Source: a virus (Duplodnaviria > Caudoviricetes). Taken from it: a stretch of DNA of 64,000 nucleotides. The stretch covers positions 1 through 64,000 of the IMG/VR virus record IMGVR_UViG_3300037400_002156; one strand, 5' to 3'. The notes beneath the pieces are model-generated. The model was not told where the DNA came from. It did not search any database and saw nothing but the letters and a program-made list of their open reading frames with translations. The position numbers and the translations under genes were made by a program. Shown in pieces: positions 7,991-18,992 of this stretch (position 1 is the stretch's first letter; every line of letters begins with the position of its first letter).

Positions 7991-10630
7991 TTACTCTATA
8001 CGCATAGCCAATACAATTACACCCTGATCAGTAAGGTCACCACTGATAATGGCTCCACCTGAAAGTAATTTAAATTTATAATTATCTTCAAAGTGATTTT
8101 GTGTTCCATATATATTATCAGGGCCATGCTGCAGCGTGCCATTATTTTGTGAAAACAATAAATTGCATGGTAATATTTCATAATTAGTGTCTGACGTTAG
8201 ATATATGCTGCCTAACTCAAATACAACCATACCTGTGTTCTGTGGAAGTGGTGTTTTTCGTCTAATTGTAATTAAAGTAATATCACCAACACCTAGATAA
8301 TAATTAGAGCTGCTTTGATTTACATCAGTGTATAACTTGCCATGAATATTAGTAGCATATATATCTTTATATGCATGATCAGCGTTGCCGATAGTAGCGT
8401 TACTAGTGCTTGGTATTATATTACCAACAGATGTCAATTCTTTTATAACTACACCGCTACTATTTGCAGAAAAAACTGGCTCAGGTGATGAAAAATAAAC
8501 ATTTATTTTATCTGAGTCTATTTGTATTTTTGCTGAAGTGGCAACCGCAACGTTGCTGTTGCATTCTATTGTTATACTATTATAGCCAGGTAAACTATTT
8601 TCAGCAACTATATATGCGTGTGAATCATAAGAATTGCCAATTCCGATATATGCTTTATTAACAGCGCCATGTTGTGGGTAATATTCATGAGTAAAAGTTA
8701 GATTAGATGTATCAATGTCAGATGATTCTACTATGCCATTTGCACTATTGCATGAAAATATAAGTTTTCTATTATAACCATCATCTGTGTCATTATAAGT
8801 AGAAGTTATTGAAAAATTTTCTCCATATATACCATTTCTAAATTGTACAGGGCTGTTAAATACTTTATATCCCCAAATTTCTTGATTATATGACCCATCT
8901 GCATTATATGTATTCATTGGATGATTATTATTTTCATCAAATGATTTTTCCATATTAGACAATGTTGATTGCGTAGTAATATCACCACGACCGTTACTAT
9001 CTGAATTAGAACCAGAAGTAATCATTATTCCATGATCGTATTTATTTCTATTTATAACGGCGCCTGATGTAATAGTCTCATTATACGAATCTATTAAATA
9101 ATTTGTTAAACTACCAGAAAAGTGTATATTCCCTGGTAAAATATCATTCTCGTCAAGAACATTTTCGTTATCAAAACCAACAAATTCTATATCGTGTATT
9201 TCGCCGCCTTCGCCTAAATCTACAGTTTTACTCGGTGTAAATTTAATAACTTTACCGTCTTTAATATAAGATGCAAAATCATGGCCATATCTTATTACAG
9301 GACCTGCGGTGTCGTATTTACAATACATCATACAGGTGGCATGTGTATTGTTTATATCTCTTACTTTCCAGCCAACTGGGATTCCAGCAGTGTCATCTAT
9401 TGGTAATTCAAGAGCAAATTCTTCATTACAATAAAATATTCCATCTTCACTAACATCTTCAACCCAATCATCAAAACTACTATTATCAGCTATTTTTACA
9501 TTGCACTTAATATATGACAATGAAGAGCATGACATAAACATCTGTGAATAGCATAAATCTGGTAAATCTGTTGCTGGTAAATACGGTGCTTTTATTAAGC
9601 TAACACATCCGTAAAACATACCCTGATAACAAGACTCATTGAGACTCATTGCTGGTAGTTCATCTGGTACATTTACTAAGCTAGTGCATCCATCAAATGT
9701 TTGACAATACTCGCTATCATAAGCTATTTTTCCAGATATTTTCGGTGCCCTTGTTAAAATGTTAAAGCCATGAAATAAATTATAATAGTTGTATTTAAAA
9801 TCACCAGTTATAGCTGACATGCTTGAAATAGAACCTGTAGCTTCTATTTTTGTATTATCTGTGTTAGAACTATCATATTCAATTACTGAGTATAAATCAT
9901 AGCTAAACTGTGTTGGTCTAAATTCTGTAGACCTAAGTGATACATTATCACCGTTTTCTAACTCTATAAAAGATCCATCATAGCCAGTCCAGCTACCATT
10001 ATTCTTTTTATACTCATACCATTTATTATCGTCTGTAATAGGAACCTGCTCATTTTCATTAACATATGCTACAATTCTAATTTTTGTACTTCCGCCAACT
10101 GCAGTTAGAGTTAATGGCTTGCTGCATTGATTCTTGCTCTGCGGAACTGCTATATAAAGATAATAATTATTATCTTCTTTTAGTATATAAAAATTTCTTC
10201 CATCGTACTCTTCTTTTTCTGTTGGATCGTCTCCGCCAGTTAGAGCAATACCATTAAACTCAGGTATTATATCTTTCTCGTAACTTGAAAAACTACCAGA
10301 GTGTAACTCTTCATCTATCTTTTTATTTTCAATATTTAATTTATACTTACCATAGTATACGCCATAATCAATATCTTCTTCGTATTCAAAAGAATCACTC
10401 CATGGGCCGAGCTTCCAATAAAAGTATTTCTTATAAATAAATCCATAATCTGCACTTGAATCTTTTACTCGAATAGAATCTATGTGAGACTCGAATCCTA
10501 AATCATTCTTATCAAGAATCTCATCCATGATAAGTTTTCTTGTCTGTCCGTAATAGACATTCCCAGAAGCTTCTATTGAAGGATATAAAAGTTCAATTAA
10601 TGTTTTATAATCATCATTTTGATGTATCAT
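7991..10630 (-). CDS. Tail fibre / receptor-binding protein with BspA-like leucine-rich repeats
   Basis: LPAMSLNESCYQGMFYGCVSLIKAPYLPATDLPDLCYSQMFMSCSSL repeats, QEIWGYKVF fibre motif, C-terminal domain shared with next gene; likely start 10630 (GGAG RBS; track start 10669). Confidence 0.7.
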   Translation of the reverse strand: MIHQNDDYKTLIELLYPSIEASGNVYYGQTRKLIMDEILDKNDLGFESHIDSIRVKDSSADYGFIYKKYFYWKLGPWSDSFEYEEDIDYGVYYGKYKLNIENKKIDEELHSGSFSSYEKDIIPEFNGIALTGGDDPTEKEEYDGRNFYILKEDNNYYLYIAVPQSKNQCSKPLTLTAVGGSTKIRIVAYVNENEQVPITDDNKWYEYKKNNGSWTGYDGSFIELENGDNVSLRSTEFRPTQFSYDLYSVIEYDSSNTDNTKIEATGSISSMSAITGDFKYNYYNLFHGFNILTRAPKISGKIAYDSEYCQTFDGCTSLVNVPDELPAMSLNESCYQGMFYGCVSLIKAPYLPATDLPDLCYSQMFMSCSSLSYIKCNVKIADNSSFDDWVEDVSEDGIFYCNEEFALELPIDDTAGIPVGWKVRDINNTHATCMMYCKYDTAGPVIRYGHDFASYIKDGKVIKFTPSKTVDLGEGGEIHDIEFVGFDNENVLDENDILPGNIHFSGSLTNYLIDSYNETITSGAVINRNKYDHGIMITSGSNSDSNGRGDITTQSTLSNMEKSFDENNNHPMNTYNADGSYNQEIWGYKVFNSPVQFRNGIYGENFSITSTYNDTDDGYNRKLIFSCNSANGIVESSDIDTSNLTFTHEYYPQHGAVNKAYIGIGNSYDSHAYIVAENSLPGYNSITIECNSNVAVATSAKIQIDSDKINVYFSSPEPVFSANSSGVVIKELTSVGNIIPSTSNATIGNADHAYKDIYATNIHGKLYTDVNQSSSNYYLGVGDITLITIRRKTPLPQNTGMVVFELGSIYLTSDTNYEILPCNLLFSQNNGTLQHGPDNIYGTQNHFEDNYKFKLLSGGAIISGDLTDQGVIVLAMRIE

Positions 10631-10690
10631 TTTCAATTGCTCCAAAATGTTGTTGAGTGATATGTGCACTATAAATTTTGATATACAAAT

Positions 10691-10718
10691 AATCCCATGC
10701 TGCGTTAAGCATGGGATT
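10691..10718 (-). terminator. Terminator hairpin
   Basis: aatcccatgc-N8-gcatgggatt. Confidence 0.65.
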
Positions 10719-10722
10719 TTAT

Positions 10723-12498
10723 TTACTCGATACGTATTGCTAAGAATGATTTGTTTGCGGACGCATATGATATTACTCTAAACTGTATACGACCTAATGA
10801 AGTCGGCTGATATAGCGGACTGTTTGTTTCTGGTTCAATAGAACCTAAATAAAGACTGGAGTCGCTTCTACTTGTATCACCGTATATGTGCCATGTATCA
10901 CTGCCAGCATTCTTAGTTAAAATTTCGCATGGATTAACTCTAAACCCAATTTTTAATAAGACTATGCTACCTACTGGAATATTGCTAGTACTTTCAATAT
11001 ACGGTATAACTCCATTTAAACGATTAGCATATACATTATTGAATTTTTTATTGCTCGAGCCTAAGTCTAAATCTCCGTTAGAATACGGCTCTATTGTTGA
11101 CCACGTACTAATTGAAGTTGAACTGTAGTTTGATGAAGATGATCTTAGATTTATTACATTAAGATATCCGTTTACATTAACATTCTTTAACGACGCGAAA
11201 CTTGTAGTATTGTTAAATGAAACAGTGCCTGTAAACGTTTTATTGCCACCTATTGTCTGTGCAGTTGATAATGTACAGTAATAAGATGTTATTGTATTTC
11301 CAGACGCGTCTTGCGCTGCCTTTGTAGCAGTATCAGCATTTCCAACAAGACTACCAGTGAGTGTTGTTGCTGTTATTGATGAAGCTGATATATTAGTAGC
11401 GCTAATATCAGCATACACTGTAGTGGCATATATACTTTTAAACTTACGGCTATTACTGCCAAGCTGCAATAAATTGTCTAACGATGGAGTAGTTACTATA
11501 GAAAATAGACTACCATCGCTGTCTTTATTAGTAATTTCAGTAGTAACAGAAAATGGCGTAGCGCTATCATTATAATAAGCCATTGTTAGCTTATCATGAG
11601 TATACGTTGCAATAGAACCGAGTACTTCTCTTTCTGTATATATCTCGTAATATCTTGGTACAGACGTAGATGTATGTTTTAATTTAATGCTATCATTATA
11701 AGAAGAGCTTCTATCTTTAATGCAGAACTTTACGTCATTTGTAGATGTAAAATTTTCAACAGATGTCTTTCTTAAATACGATTCTCCTGGAACATCTAAT
11801 TCGTTAAGTATCATTAAGCCACCAGCTATATTATTACCGCCTTTGAGCATTACTCCACTTTTAAATGTTTTAACGCCGTATATGTCTTGCGCATCACCAG
11901 TAGTAGCATTAAGAGTTCCATGTGTAGTTACTGTTCTATTTAGTAATTCATTAAATTGCTGTAAAGATGGGTACCATCCAGCGCCAGATTCAATTGATAC
12001 TGCTGCAGAGTTTCCGGTTATAACAATATATAAATCTACAATACCTTTCCATGCTTCATATGTATAATCTGGAATAGTATCTGCTGGTGTGCCATGTGCT
12101 TGAGCATTATCATAAAAAGCTACACATATTAGAGTATCACTTCCAAAATCAGGGTCATCTACAATTTTTCCCCATACTCCAAAACAGTTAGCCAGCCCAT
12201 CTATTCCTGTGCCGTTTTGTAATTGACTAGTAACTGCTATAACTTGCTCTGTGTTACCACTTATTTCTTTTTCTTTTATCTCTGATTGTGTAACATAGCC
12301 AGAGCTAGAGTAATTAGTTACACTGCCAACGTTTTTAATATCTGTTAATGCGTTTATTTGTGCTGGAGTAAGATTAGTTTTATTTAGTGCTGATGTAGCG
12401 GCCTTTGTCCATGTAATTGTTACATTAGATAAACCGCTATTTAATTTATTTAGAAGATCTCTGCCATTGTCTGTAATATACTTATCATGAAAGAACAT
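10723..12498 (-). CDS. Tail fibre protein
   Basis: N-terminal YITDNGRDLL (tail-collar-fibre-like), QDIYGVKTF and QTIGGNKTF repeats, LGS..KF...YA motifs, Ser/Thr-rich. Confidence 0.75.
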   Translation of the reverse strand: MFFHDKYITDNGRDLLNKLNSGLSNVTITWTKAATSALNKTNLTPAQINALTDIKNVGSVTNYSSSGYVTQSEIKEKEISGNTEQVIAVTSQLQNGTGIDGLANCFGVWGKIVDDPDFGSDTLICVAFYDNAQAHGTPADTIPDYTYEAWKGIVDLYIVITGNSAAVSIESGAGWYPSLQQFNELLNRTVTTHGTLNATTGDAQDIYGVKTFKSGVMLKGGNNIAGGLMILNELDVPGESYLRKTSVENFTSTNDVKFCIKDRSSSYNDSIKLKHTSTSVPRYYEIYTEREVLGSIATYTHDKLTMAYYNDSATPFSVTTEITNKDSDGSLFSIVTTPSLDNLLQLGSNSRKFKSIYATTVYADISATNISASSITATTLTGSLVGNADTATKAAQDASGNTITSYYCTLSTAQTIGGNKTFTGTVSFNNTTSFASLKNVNVNGYLNVINLRSSSSNYSSTSISTWSTIEPYSNGDLDLGSSNKKFNNVYANRLNGVIPYIESTSNIPVGSIVLLKIGFRVNPCEILTKNAGSDTWHIYGDTSRSDSSLYLGSIEPETNSPLYQPTSLGRIQFRVISYASANKSFLAIRIE

Positions 12499-12553
12499 TA
12501 TGTTACCTCTTTAAAAGAGTTAATAAAGTAATATGTATTTATTGATATGCCTA

Positions 12554-12589
12554 AAATAATAACCAGCTATTAATAACTGGTTATTATTT
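12554..12589 (-). terminator. Terminator hairpin
   Basis: aaataataaccag-N10-ctggttattattt. Confidence 0.6.
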
Positions 12590-13755
12590 TATGAGTTATC
12601 TATTGCAGTTATGCCTAGTAATGCATATGGATTATCTGAGTAATTTTCATTTTCATCCATATATGCAAATTCTATCCATTCACTTCCGTTATAATACTTA
12701 AAGCTTTTAATCCAGCTATATGTTTCATCAAATACTGTTTCAGTACCGTTATCGTCTTTATAAAGCTCAAAGAACATAATTGCATTAGGCTCATAATATG
12801 AATTCACATAATTAGTACTATCAATATGAGAAGTATACTTAACAGGAGCTATCATACGTTTAGGTAACTTGCCTATGGATGGTATATAATCATAATCACT
12901 ATCTGGCGGCTCAAGTTTTGACAAAACACCAAAGAATCCATTCTCATCTAAATTATGGTAGTAATCTTCATTGCCATCGTCTAATCCAAATAGAACATTA
13001 AGTGTAGTGACAGCTAGTCTAGTAGTTCCAATATTAAGCCATGATGTAAACTGCTGATCTGTTAAGCTACCAAGTGTAACAAATCCTATTTTATAAAATA
13101 CATCATACACAGAATCATTATTACCATCTGTTACTTTAATGCGTATCTTATCTGTTTTATAGTCGAAAGTGTAGTCAAAAGACTGTCCAGTTTGTGGAGC
13201 AATCGCGACAGTAAAATCTGGGTTAGCAGATGTCATTGTAGGTTTAATTGTTTCGCTTGTAACTACTGTGCCAGTTGTAGCATCTACTGTCTGTAATGAT
13301 ATGTCATTATTTATAATGCTATACTTACGAGCATCATCAGAATAATTGTAGTCATCATATTCACCTTGTCTACCAGGTCTAAACTGTGCTAAACATATCT
13401 TAGATGTCTTTGCAGATAAAGTAGACGCAATGTCTATATAGTAGCCTTCTCTAATAGTACTTGCTGGAAATTGAGTTGACGCACTTTCATTAGCAAATGG
13501 GATTGTAGTATAAAAAAGGCAGTCACCATCATTCCATGAGCTGTAGTCAGGATTATTATTAATATCGTTTCCATTTATAAATAAAGTTGGCATATCGCTC
13601 TGTATATGAGCAGTGTAATGATCTAATGTATTTCCATTAAATATACCATGAAATTTAAGTTTCGCATCATTCATGAAAAAGTTAATGAATGATTTCTGTC
13701 TATTACTAAGATTATCATAGCCATCAACTGTAGCTACTACTTTTACATCCGCCAT
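12589..13755 (-). CDS. Hypothetical, probably virion protein
   Basis: 388 aa, AAGGAG RBS, Asp/Tyr/Thr-rich, inside baseplate-fibre cluster. Confidence 0.6.
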   Translation of the reverse strand: MADVKVVATVDGYDNLSNRQKSFINFFMNDAKLKFHGIFNGNTLDHYTAHIQSDMPTLFINGNDINNNPDYSSWNDGDCLFYTTIPFANESASTQFPASTIREGYYIDIASTLSAKTSKICLAQFRPGRQGEYDDYNYSDDARKYSIINNDISLQTVDATTGTVVTSETIKPTMTSANPDFTVAIAPQTGQSFDYTFDYKTDKIRIKVTDGNNDSVYDVFYKIGFVTLGSLTDQQFTSWLNIGTTRLAVTTLNVLFGLDDGNEDYYHNLDENGFFGVLSKLEPPDSDYDYIPSIGKLPKRMIAPVKYTSHIDSTNYVNSYYEPNAIMFFELYKDDNGTETVFDETYSWIKSFKYYNGSEWIEFAYMDENENYSDNPYALLGITAIDNS

Positions 13756-13770
13756 TATATCATCTCCTTA

Positions 13771-16131
13771 CTAATCTGTAACTGAAAATGATTCTGTTGA
13801 AAAAGATCCTTCTTGTGAAGATGGAGTATATTCTTCAATAACACCATTTACTGGAACATTATTAGATGATAGTGTTCTTGGTGCTATGCTTAAGCGGTTG
13901 CGATCTATTTTAGTTTTAATATCGCCATCAATGTATGAGTCATCTGTTAAAGTAAGTACTCCGCATAATTTATTTCTTTGAACTTCATGATGTTTAAACT
14001 CACCAAGATCTGCTATTGATAGTGCTCGTGTTGCAGTATTAAATATAGTGTTTAGTGTAATATCAGTACGTTGAGTCTCTGGTAAGTGCCCGTTTCTTAT
14101 TTTTACTGTAAATAATATATAAGCAGCAGTTTCAATTAAATTGTCACCAGATTTTAAATCAGCGTATTCAACGTGATATTCATAACTATCTGCTCCATAT
14201 TTTTCAATAAAGCAAGAAAGAGACCCACTAGTGTAATTTAATGAATTATCATTCTCATCAAATACACCTATTACTTTATACTGTATAACTACGTCATTTG
14301 AACTGTAATCATATATGTGATGATCACCACGCATATTATACATTTCACCAGAAGATATTCTTGTGAATGGGTCAATAATTAGAGCATTTCTATGATTTTC
14401 ACTAAACCACAGCTTATGTATATTTGACTTCTTATACGTAATATAATTATAACCACCATTATGATGATTACTATTTGTATGAACAGCAATCCTTAAATCC
14501 TTTGTGCAAGGGTCACCGACAAAGGTGGCGTATAAATCTTCACTATCATAATAATTGTCCTGCAAGTGATTTTTGATAATTATTTGATCACCATTTACAT
14601 CTTTATATCCTAGCCCAGTAATAGTGTAATATATAGTTGGATCATATTTGACTGGTAAAGGATTAACAGCAGGATCTTCATCAGCATCAAATGAGTATAT
14701 CTTATTGGTATTGTCTAATTCTACGTTTTCATCTTGATAAGTTACGTCGTCACTCAAATAGCCAACGTATAGTGGATCTAATTTTGTACGTACTGGTCTA
14801 TGATATGATGTAAATGTAACTTCAGACACTGGTGGTTTATTACTTGCAATTATACTATCACCGTACAATTCTGCATTACTTATGTCAGGTCTACTTTCGT
14901 GCTGATTTAGATTAATCCAATGATATAAAGAGTGATTAGACAACTCATCGTCTGTGTTAGATTGCATTAGAGATGTCCATATAGGCTGCTCATTATAAAA
15001 TGGTTTATATTCTTTAAAATGATGCATTGACTCTCTAAACTTAATCATACTATCATTTAATATATCGTGTCTATATGGACCAGGTTTAGTAGGGTCATCA
15101 GATGGTGATATTAAGATATCATTTTCATCTATACTATACGCGAAATTATCTGTTATTTTCGGTACAAACTTCTGCTCTCTATTCGGAACAGAAGTTTTAT
15201 TTTTACTTACCACATAGCATTTAGTTGGAAATACAGCGTCACTATCTCCAAGTTTATCACAGCTTGGGTCTAGTTCATACGATATGGCGTCTTTTGGAGG
15301 CAACTCTGATATTGTAATACCATTTTCGTCTTTATATATACCGCGTTCTGTAATTGGCCACGTTCCAGCATATGTAGCATTACTATCACTATGTGTCATA
15401 TCATCCATATAATGATAATCAAACCAGTAAGGAGCGCGCCATGGAGTATTTTCACCAGTACTCCAATTATAATTTGTTGATGCTGGGACATCTTTAATAT
15501 CTTCTGGTAAACTATAACAGTCTTGTGTGTACTGTAATCTGTCATGCTCTAACATATGAATAGTATAAAAGCAACCAGAATCAGCAGGATAAACAGGCCG
15601 TGGGTACGGCATATAAAGATATGTATAACCTGCTGGCAATGATTGATTTATAAGTATATCTGTTGAAAGAGCATGAGCAGCTGAACTAATTACTCTGCCA
15701 CGTTTATCTTTTACTATATCGCCACTTACAAAGAAGTAACCGTCTGCATCAGCAGCTATCTCATAGTGGCGTGCTACAGCAATCTCATTAAAGTTATATG
15801 TTGATTTATTCTTGAAATCATCTGACCATAGCCCTTCAAATTGACCGCCCGATTTTGCAATTGCAGTTATTGTGTTTTGTCTAGAACGATGCTGTCTAAT
15901 GTAAGGATATAGCCTGTAAAATCTACCATTTGGCAACCATTCATTTGCTACATTATCAACTTTAACATCATACAACTCTAGCTTTTGACGAATAACATCT
16001 GTCGTTAACTCATCAACATCTAGACACTTTATTAGTTCATAAGCATGATCGATTACAGATAATCGTAATTCTTCTAGAGCCTCTTCTAGCTCTGGCATAT
16101 ACTGTATTAAATAATCTGGTAATACATTCAT
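13771..16131 (-). CDS. Putative baseplate wedge protein (gpI / gp7-like)
   Basis: Follows the J-like gene; N-terminal LPDYL...LDVDEL...QSLPAG pattern typical of P2 gpI-like wedge proteins. Confidence 0.5.
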   Translation of the reverse strand: MNVLPDYLIQYMPELEEALEELRLSVIDHAYELIKCLDVDELTTDVIRQKLELYDVKVDNVANEWLPNGRFYRLYPYIRQHRSRQNTITAIAKSGGQFEGLWSDDFKNKSTYNFNEIAVARHYEIAADADGYFFVSGDIVKDKRGRVISSAAHALSTDILINQSLPAGYTYLYMPYPRPVYPADSGCFYTIHMLEHDRLQYTQDCYSLPEDIKDVPASTNYNWSTGENTPWRAPYWFDYHYMDDMTHSDSNATYAGTWPITERGIYKDENGITISELPPKDAISYELDPSCDKLGDSDAVFPTKCYVVSKNKTSVPNREQKFVPKITDNFAYSIDENDILISPSDDPTKPGPYRHDILNDSMIKFRESMHHFKEYKPFYNEQPIWTSLMQSNTDDELSNHSLYHWINLNQHESRPDISNAELYGDSIIASNKPPVSEVTFTSYHRPVRTKLDPLYVGYLSDDVTYQDENVELDNTNKIYSFDADEDPAVNPLPVKYDPTIYYTITGLGYKDVNGDQIIIKNHLQDNYYDSEDLYATFVGDPCTKDLRIAVHTNSNHHNGGYNYITYKKSNIHKLWFSENHRNALIIDPFTRISSGEMYNMRGDHHIYDYSSNDVVIQYKVIGVFDENDNSLNYTSGSLSCFIEKYGADSYEYHVEYADLKSGDNLIETAAYILFTVKIRNGHLPETQRTDITLNTIFNTATRALSIADLGEFKHHEVQRNKLCGVLTLTDDSYIDGDIKTKIDRNRLSIAPRTLSSNNVPVNGVIEEYTPSSQEGSFSTESFSVTD

Positions 16132-16217
16132 TTGATTAAGCCTCTACTATGTTCATGGCTTTAATTAACTATAACTAAAAATTTGATATCTGTGTATACG
16201 CGATTATATACAACAGA

Positions 16218-16245
16218 CCCGGTACTATATTAAAATAATACCGGG
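16218..16245 (-). terminator. Terminator hairpin
   Basis: cccggtactat-N6-ataataccggg (G-U pair on minus-strand RNA). Confidence 0.6.
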
Positions 16246-16252
16246 CTATTGC

Positions 16253-18601
16253 TTATGACTTTGAATTTACTGCTCTTATTAGAACTACAACTTTATTAAG
16301 TACTGGTACCATATAATGATGCTTTATATATGATGATTTAATTTTTACATTGCCACCATATCCAATAGTGGCATCATTTAATGGTGTACCTTGCTGAATA
16401 GTCTCTGAAACATTTGTTAATGTAGGATTATCGTATACTTCATAATATGTATCTGTCTCATCTGCTGGCTTAGCTGTTATAGGATATGCTGGGTATGTTG
16501 TATTTTCTAATGCTATATAGCGAGCTTTGTTTTCACTGTTTGTAAATTTAATTGACCTTACAAAGTTAATATTGTCTACACCAAAAATGTGCTTGTCAGC
16601 GACATCCCAGTCTTCTGAATCAATTTCACCGTATGCGTGTTGATGAGGTAATATATCTGTATAATCTGTTATAATTGGTGGATTTGTACTATTTACTGAT
16701 GCATCATATAGCTTAGGAAATGAATCTGGGTAATCATTATATTCATTGCACTCTTCTGATTTATATGTAAGCCTAGAATATTTTAGATACTCTATCTCTG
16801 TAGCAGAAAAGTCAGGATCATCTTCTTTCTTTGATTTATATTCATCTTCTGAATATAGTGTTCCGTTACTATCAACATATGATTTACCTTTTAAATAGTA
16901 TTTATAATCATCTGTTGACTGAGTGTCATCTTCTATAGGAGACTCATAACTAATATCTCCTGTTGATAGTGCTTCAAATAAATCATCTAGCGACTGGTTG
17001 TCTAATTGATTTACTCCATTAAATGTTGTATCAATACGGCCGTAAGTCGAATCTCTTAAAATTAGACTATTCATTCTTACTACTTTATCTGATGATTTAT
17101 GAACAAGATAGTCTATCATAGAAATCTTTGGTATATGTTCACCTATAGAATCAGCATAATAGTTAAGAAGTTCTTTTTCTATCTGAGACGCAACCGTAGC
17201 AGCAGACGTACCTACAAGATAACAATCTGCTTTAACTACAATCATATATGGATCTTTTCCAAATGGTATCATAGCTATGCAATCTGATCTAGATGATCTT
17301 TCTTTTAAGTCATACCATAGGCTTTCTCTTCCACTATATGGTGAATCAGTTAGTATATAAACAACTCGTGGTATTAAATTAGCATCTTCTGGGAGCGCTC
17401 TTGGGCTTTTATACATATCACCATGATCATATACTTTACAATTTGATGATGTATATGCTTTTATGTAATTTGCGTAATCTTCTTTAGTTAATAAAGCAGA
17501 GTAATTTTGTAAGTATTTTTTATAGTTATCTCTTGTAACATTGGCATCTTCATATTCAGCATATCCACTAATGCCATCACCAACGCTAATAATATACTGC
17601 ATTCCATTATCGACAATCTCTTGATCAGTCTCATGCCCATTAACTACAGTAATTGCTTGTTCTTGATCCTTTCTAATAAAATCAACTTCATTAGAACTAT
17701 AATACTCTCCACTTTGCTGCTTATCTACTCTTGTATTTTTTATTTGTATATATTCAAACTTAAATTTTGTTCTAAAATTTCTATCAAATATGTCTTTATA
17801 GTTGGTTGGAAATTCAATGCATAAAGTAATCGCACCGCCTATAAACTTAGGTGTTAAAGTATATGAAAAATAGTTAAATCCAGAGCTAATTACATCATCT
17901 ACATATTCTAATTCTTTATATTTATCATCATCTTGCGCATATGATAGTCTGACTAAATCTCTGTCTATAAAAGCATCAGGCAACTCTACAGTTGAATCAG
18001 TATTTATATCATTATATGTAAAACTGAACTCTGATTTTGTACCAAGTGCAACTTTTACATGTTGTGTTTTATTGTACACATCTTCTGCATATGCTTGATA
18101 CACACTTCTTTTACTTGTATCATTGTAATACTGAGAAAGAGACGCCACATAATTTTTATCAATTGGTGCATGAAGATCTGCGTCAATAGCAAGCCCTTCA
18201 TTATTATTATCATTCATTACATATACTGATTCACCAACTGATTTTAACTTAATTTCATCAAATTTACTAAGCTTAAGATGTAACAAACCATCTTGAGCTT
18301 TTGTTGTATTTATTGAAATAATACCGCGTGCCGCTCTAGGTAAAAACATCTTATATCCTTCGCGCATAGCATAAGAATATATTGACGATGCTCTTTTCGC
18401 AGTAGCCATATCACATTCACGCCTAAGCTCGTCTATAGTATAATGAAGCTGATCTCCCATACGAGCAAGCGATTCGGCAAAAATTACTACTGGATCACTC
18501 AAATTGTCATAGTTCCAATCTTTTGGCAACTTTTTACGTAAAAATTCTATTATCTCTGTTCTTAGCGTTGAATAGTCACGCCCTGTAAATCTTGACGCCA
18601 T
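16253..18601 (-). CDS. Baseplate wedge subunit (T4 gp6 / P2 gpJ-like)
   Basis: FTGRDYSTLR...SDPVVIFAE...LHYTID...ATAKRASSI...GY N-terminus; ALLTKEDY motif. Confidence 0.85.
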   Translation of the reverse strand: MASRFTGRDYSTLRTEIIEFLRKKLPKDWNYDNLSDPVVIFAESLARMGDQLHYTIDELRRECDMATAKRASSIYSYAMREGYKMFLPRAARGIISINTTKAQDGLLHLKLSKFDEIKLKSVGESVYVMNDNNNEGLAIDADLHAPIDKNYVASLSQYYNDTSKRSVYQAYAEDVYNKTQHVKVALGTKSEFSFTYNDINTDSTVELPDAFIDRDLVRLSYAQDDDKYKELEYVDDVISSGFNYFSYTLTPKFIGGAITLCIEFPTNYKDIFDRNFRTKFKFEYIQIKNTRVDKQQSGEYYSSNEVDFIRKDQEQAITVVNGHETDQEIVDNGMQYIISVGDGISGYAEYEDANVTRDNYKKYLQNYSALLTKEDYANYIKAYTSSNCKVYDHGDMYKSPRALPEDANLIPRVVYILTDSPYSGRESLWYDLKERSSRSDCIAMIPFGKDPYMIVVKADCYLVGTSAATVASQIEKELLNYYADSIGEHIPKISMIDYLVHKSSDKVVRMNSLILRDSTYGRIDTTFNGVNQLDNQSLDDLFEALSTGDISYESPIEDDTQSTDDYKYYLKGKSYVDSNGTLYSEDEYKSKKEDDPDFSATEIEYLKYSRLTYKSEECNEYNDYPDSFPKLYDASVNSTNPPIITDYTDILPHQHAYGEIDSEDWDVADKHIFGVDNINFVRSIKFTNSENKARYIALENTTYPAYPITAKPADETDTYYEVYDNPTLTNVSETIQQGTPLNDATIGYGGNVKIKSSYIKHHYMVPVLNKVVVLIRAVNSKS

Positions 18602-18631
18602 TTATTAGCCTCTTATATTAGTATAAATATT

Positions 18632-18982
18632 TTAATATGCTACGCCATCAGCAACTGTTAAATTAATAGTTACTACGTCTGACATATACATCAGCTCTAT
18701 ATTAAATAAAAGATCATTTTTGTTCAAAGAATACTCTATTTTTAATAGGGTAACGCCTTCCATAAACTGAATAGCATCTTTTATAGTCTGACCTATTATA
18801 TTTATTGTAAAATAGTTTAATATACTAAATCTATACTCATTTAAGCGACTCCCATAAGAAGGAGCGTAAAATCTACTCCCAATTGGAGTGTTTAATATAG
18901 AAATAAGCTGAGCTTTCAGAGATTCATTCTGTTCAGAATATGTAAAGTTTCCATTTTCATACTTTCCAAAGAAGGTTTTCAT
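18632..18982 (-). CDS. Baseplate wedge / sheath initiator (gp25 / gpW-like)
   Basis: ILNTPIGSRFYAPSYGS signature. Confidence 0.88.
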   Translation of the reverse strand: MKTFFGKYENGNFTYSEQNESLKAQLISILNTPIGSRFYAPSYGSRLNEYRFSILNYFTINIIGQTIKDAIQFMEGVTLLKIEYSLNKNDLLFNIELMYMSDVVTINLTVADGVAY

Positions 18983-18992
18983 AACAACTCTC

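Noticed and set aside
7991-12498. Diversity-generating retroelement or shufflon acting on fibres
   Set aside because: No reverse transcriptase, template repeat, active invertase or inverted cassettes seen in the window
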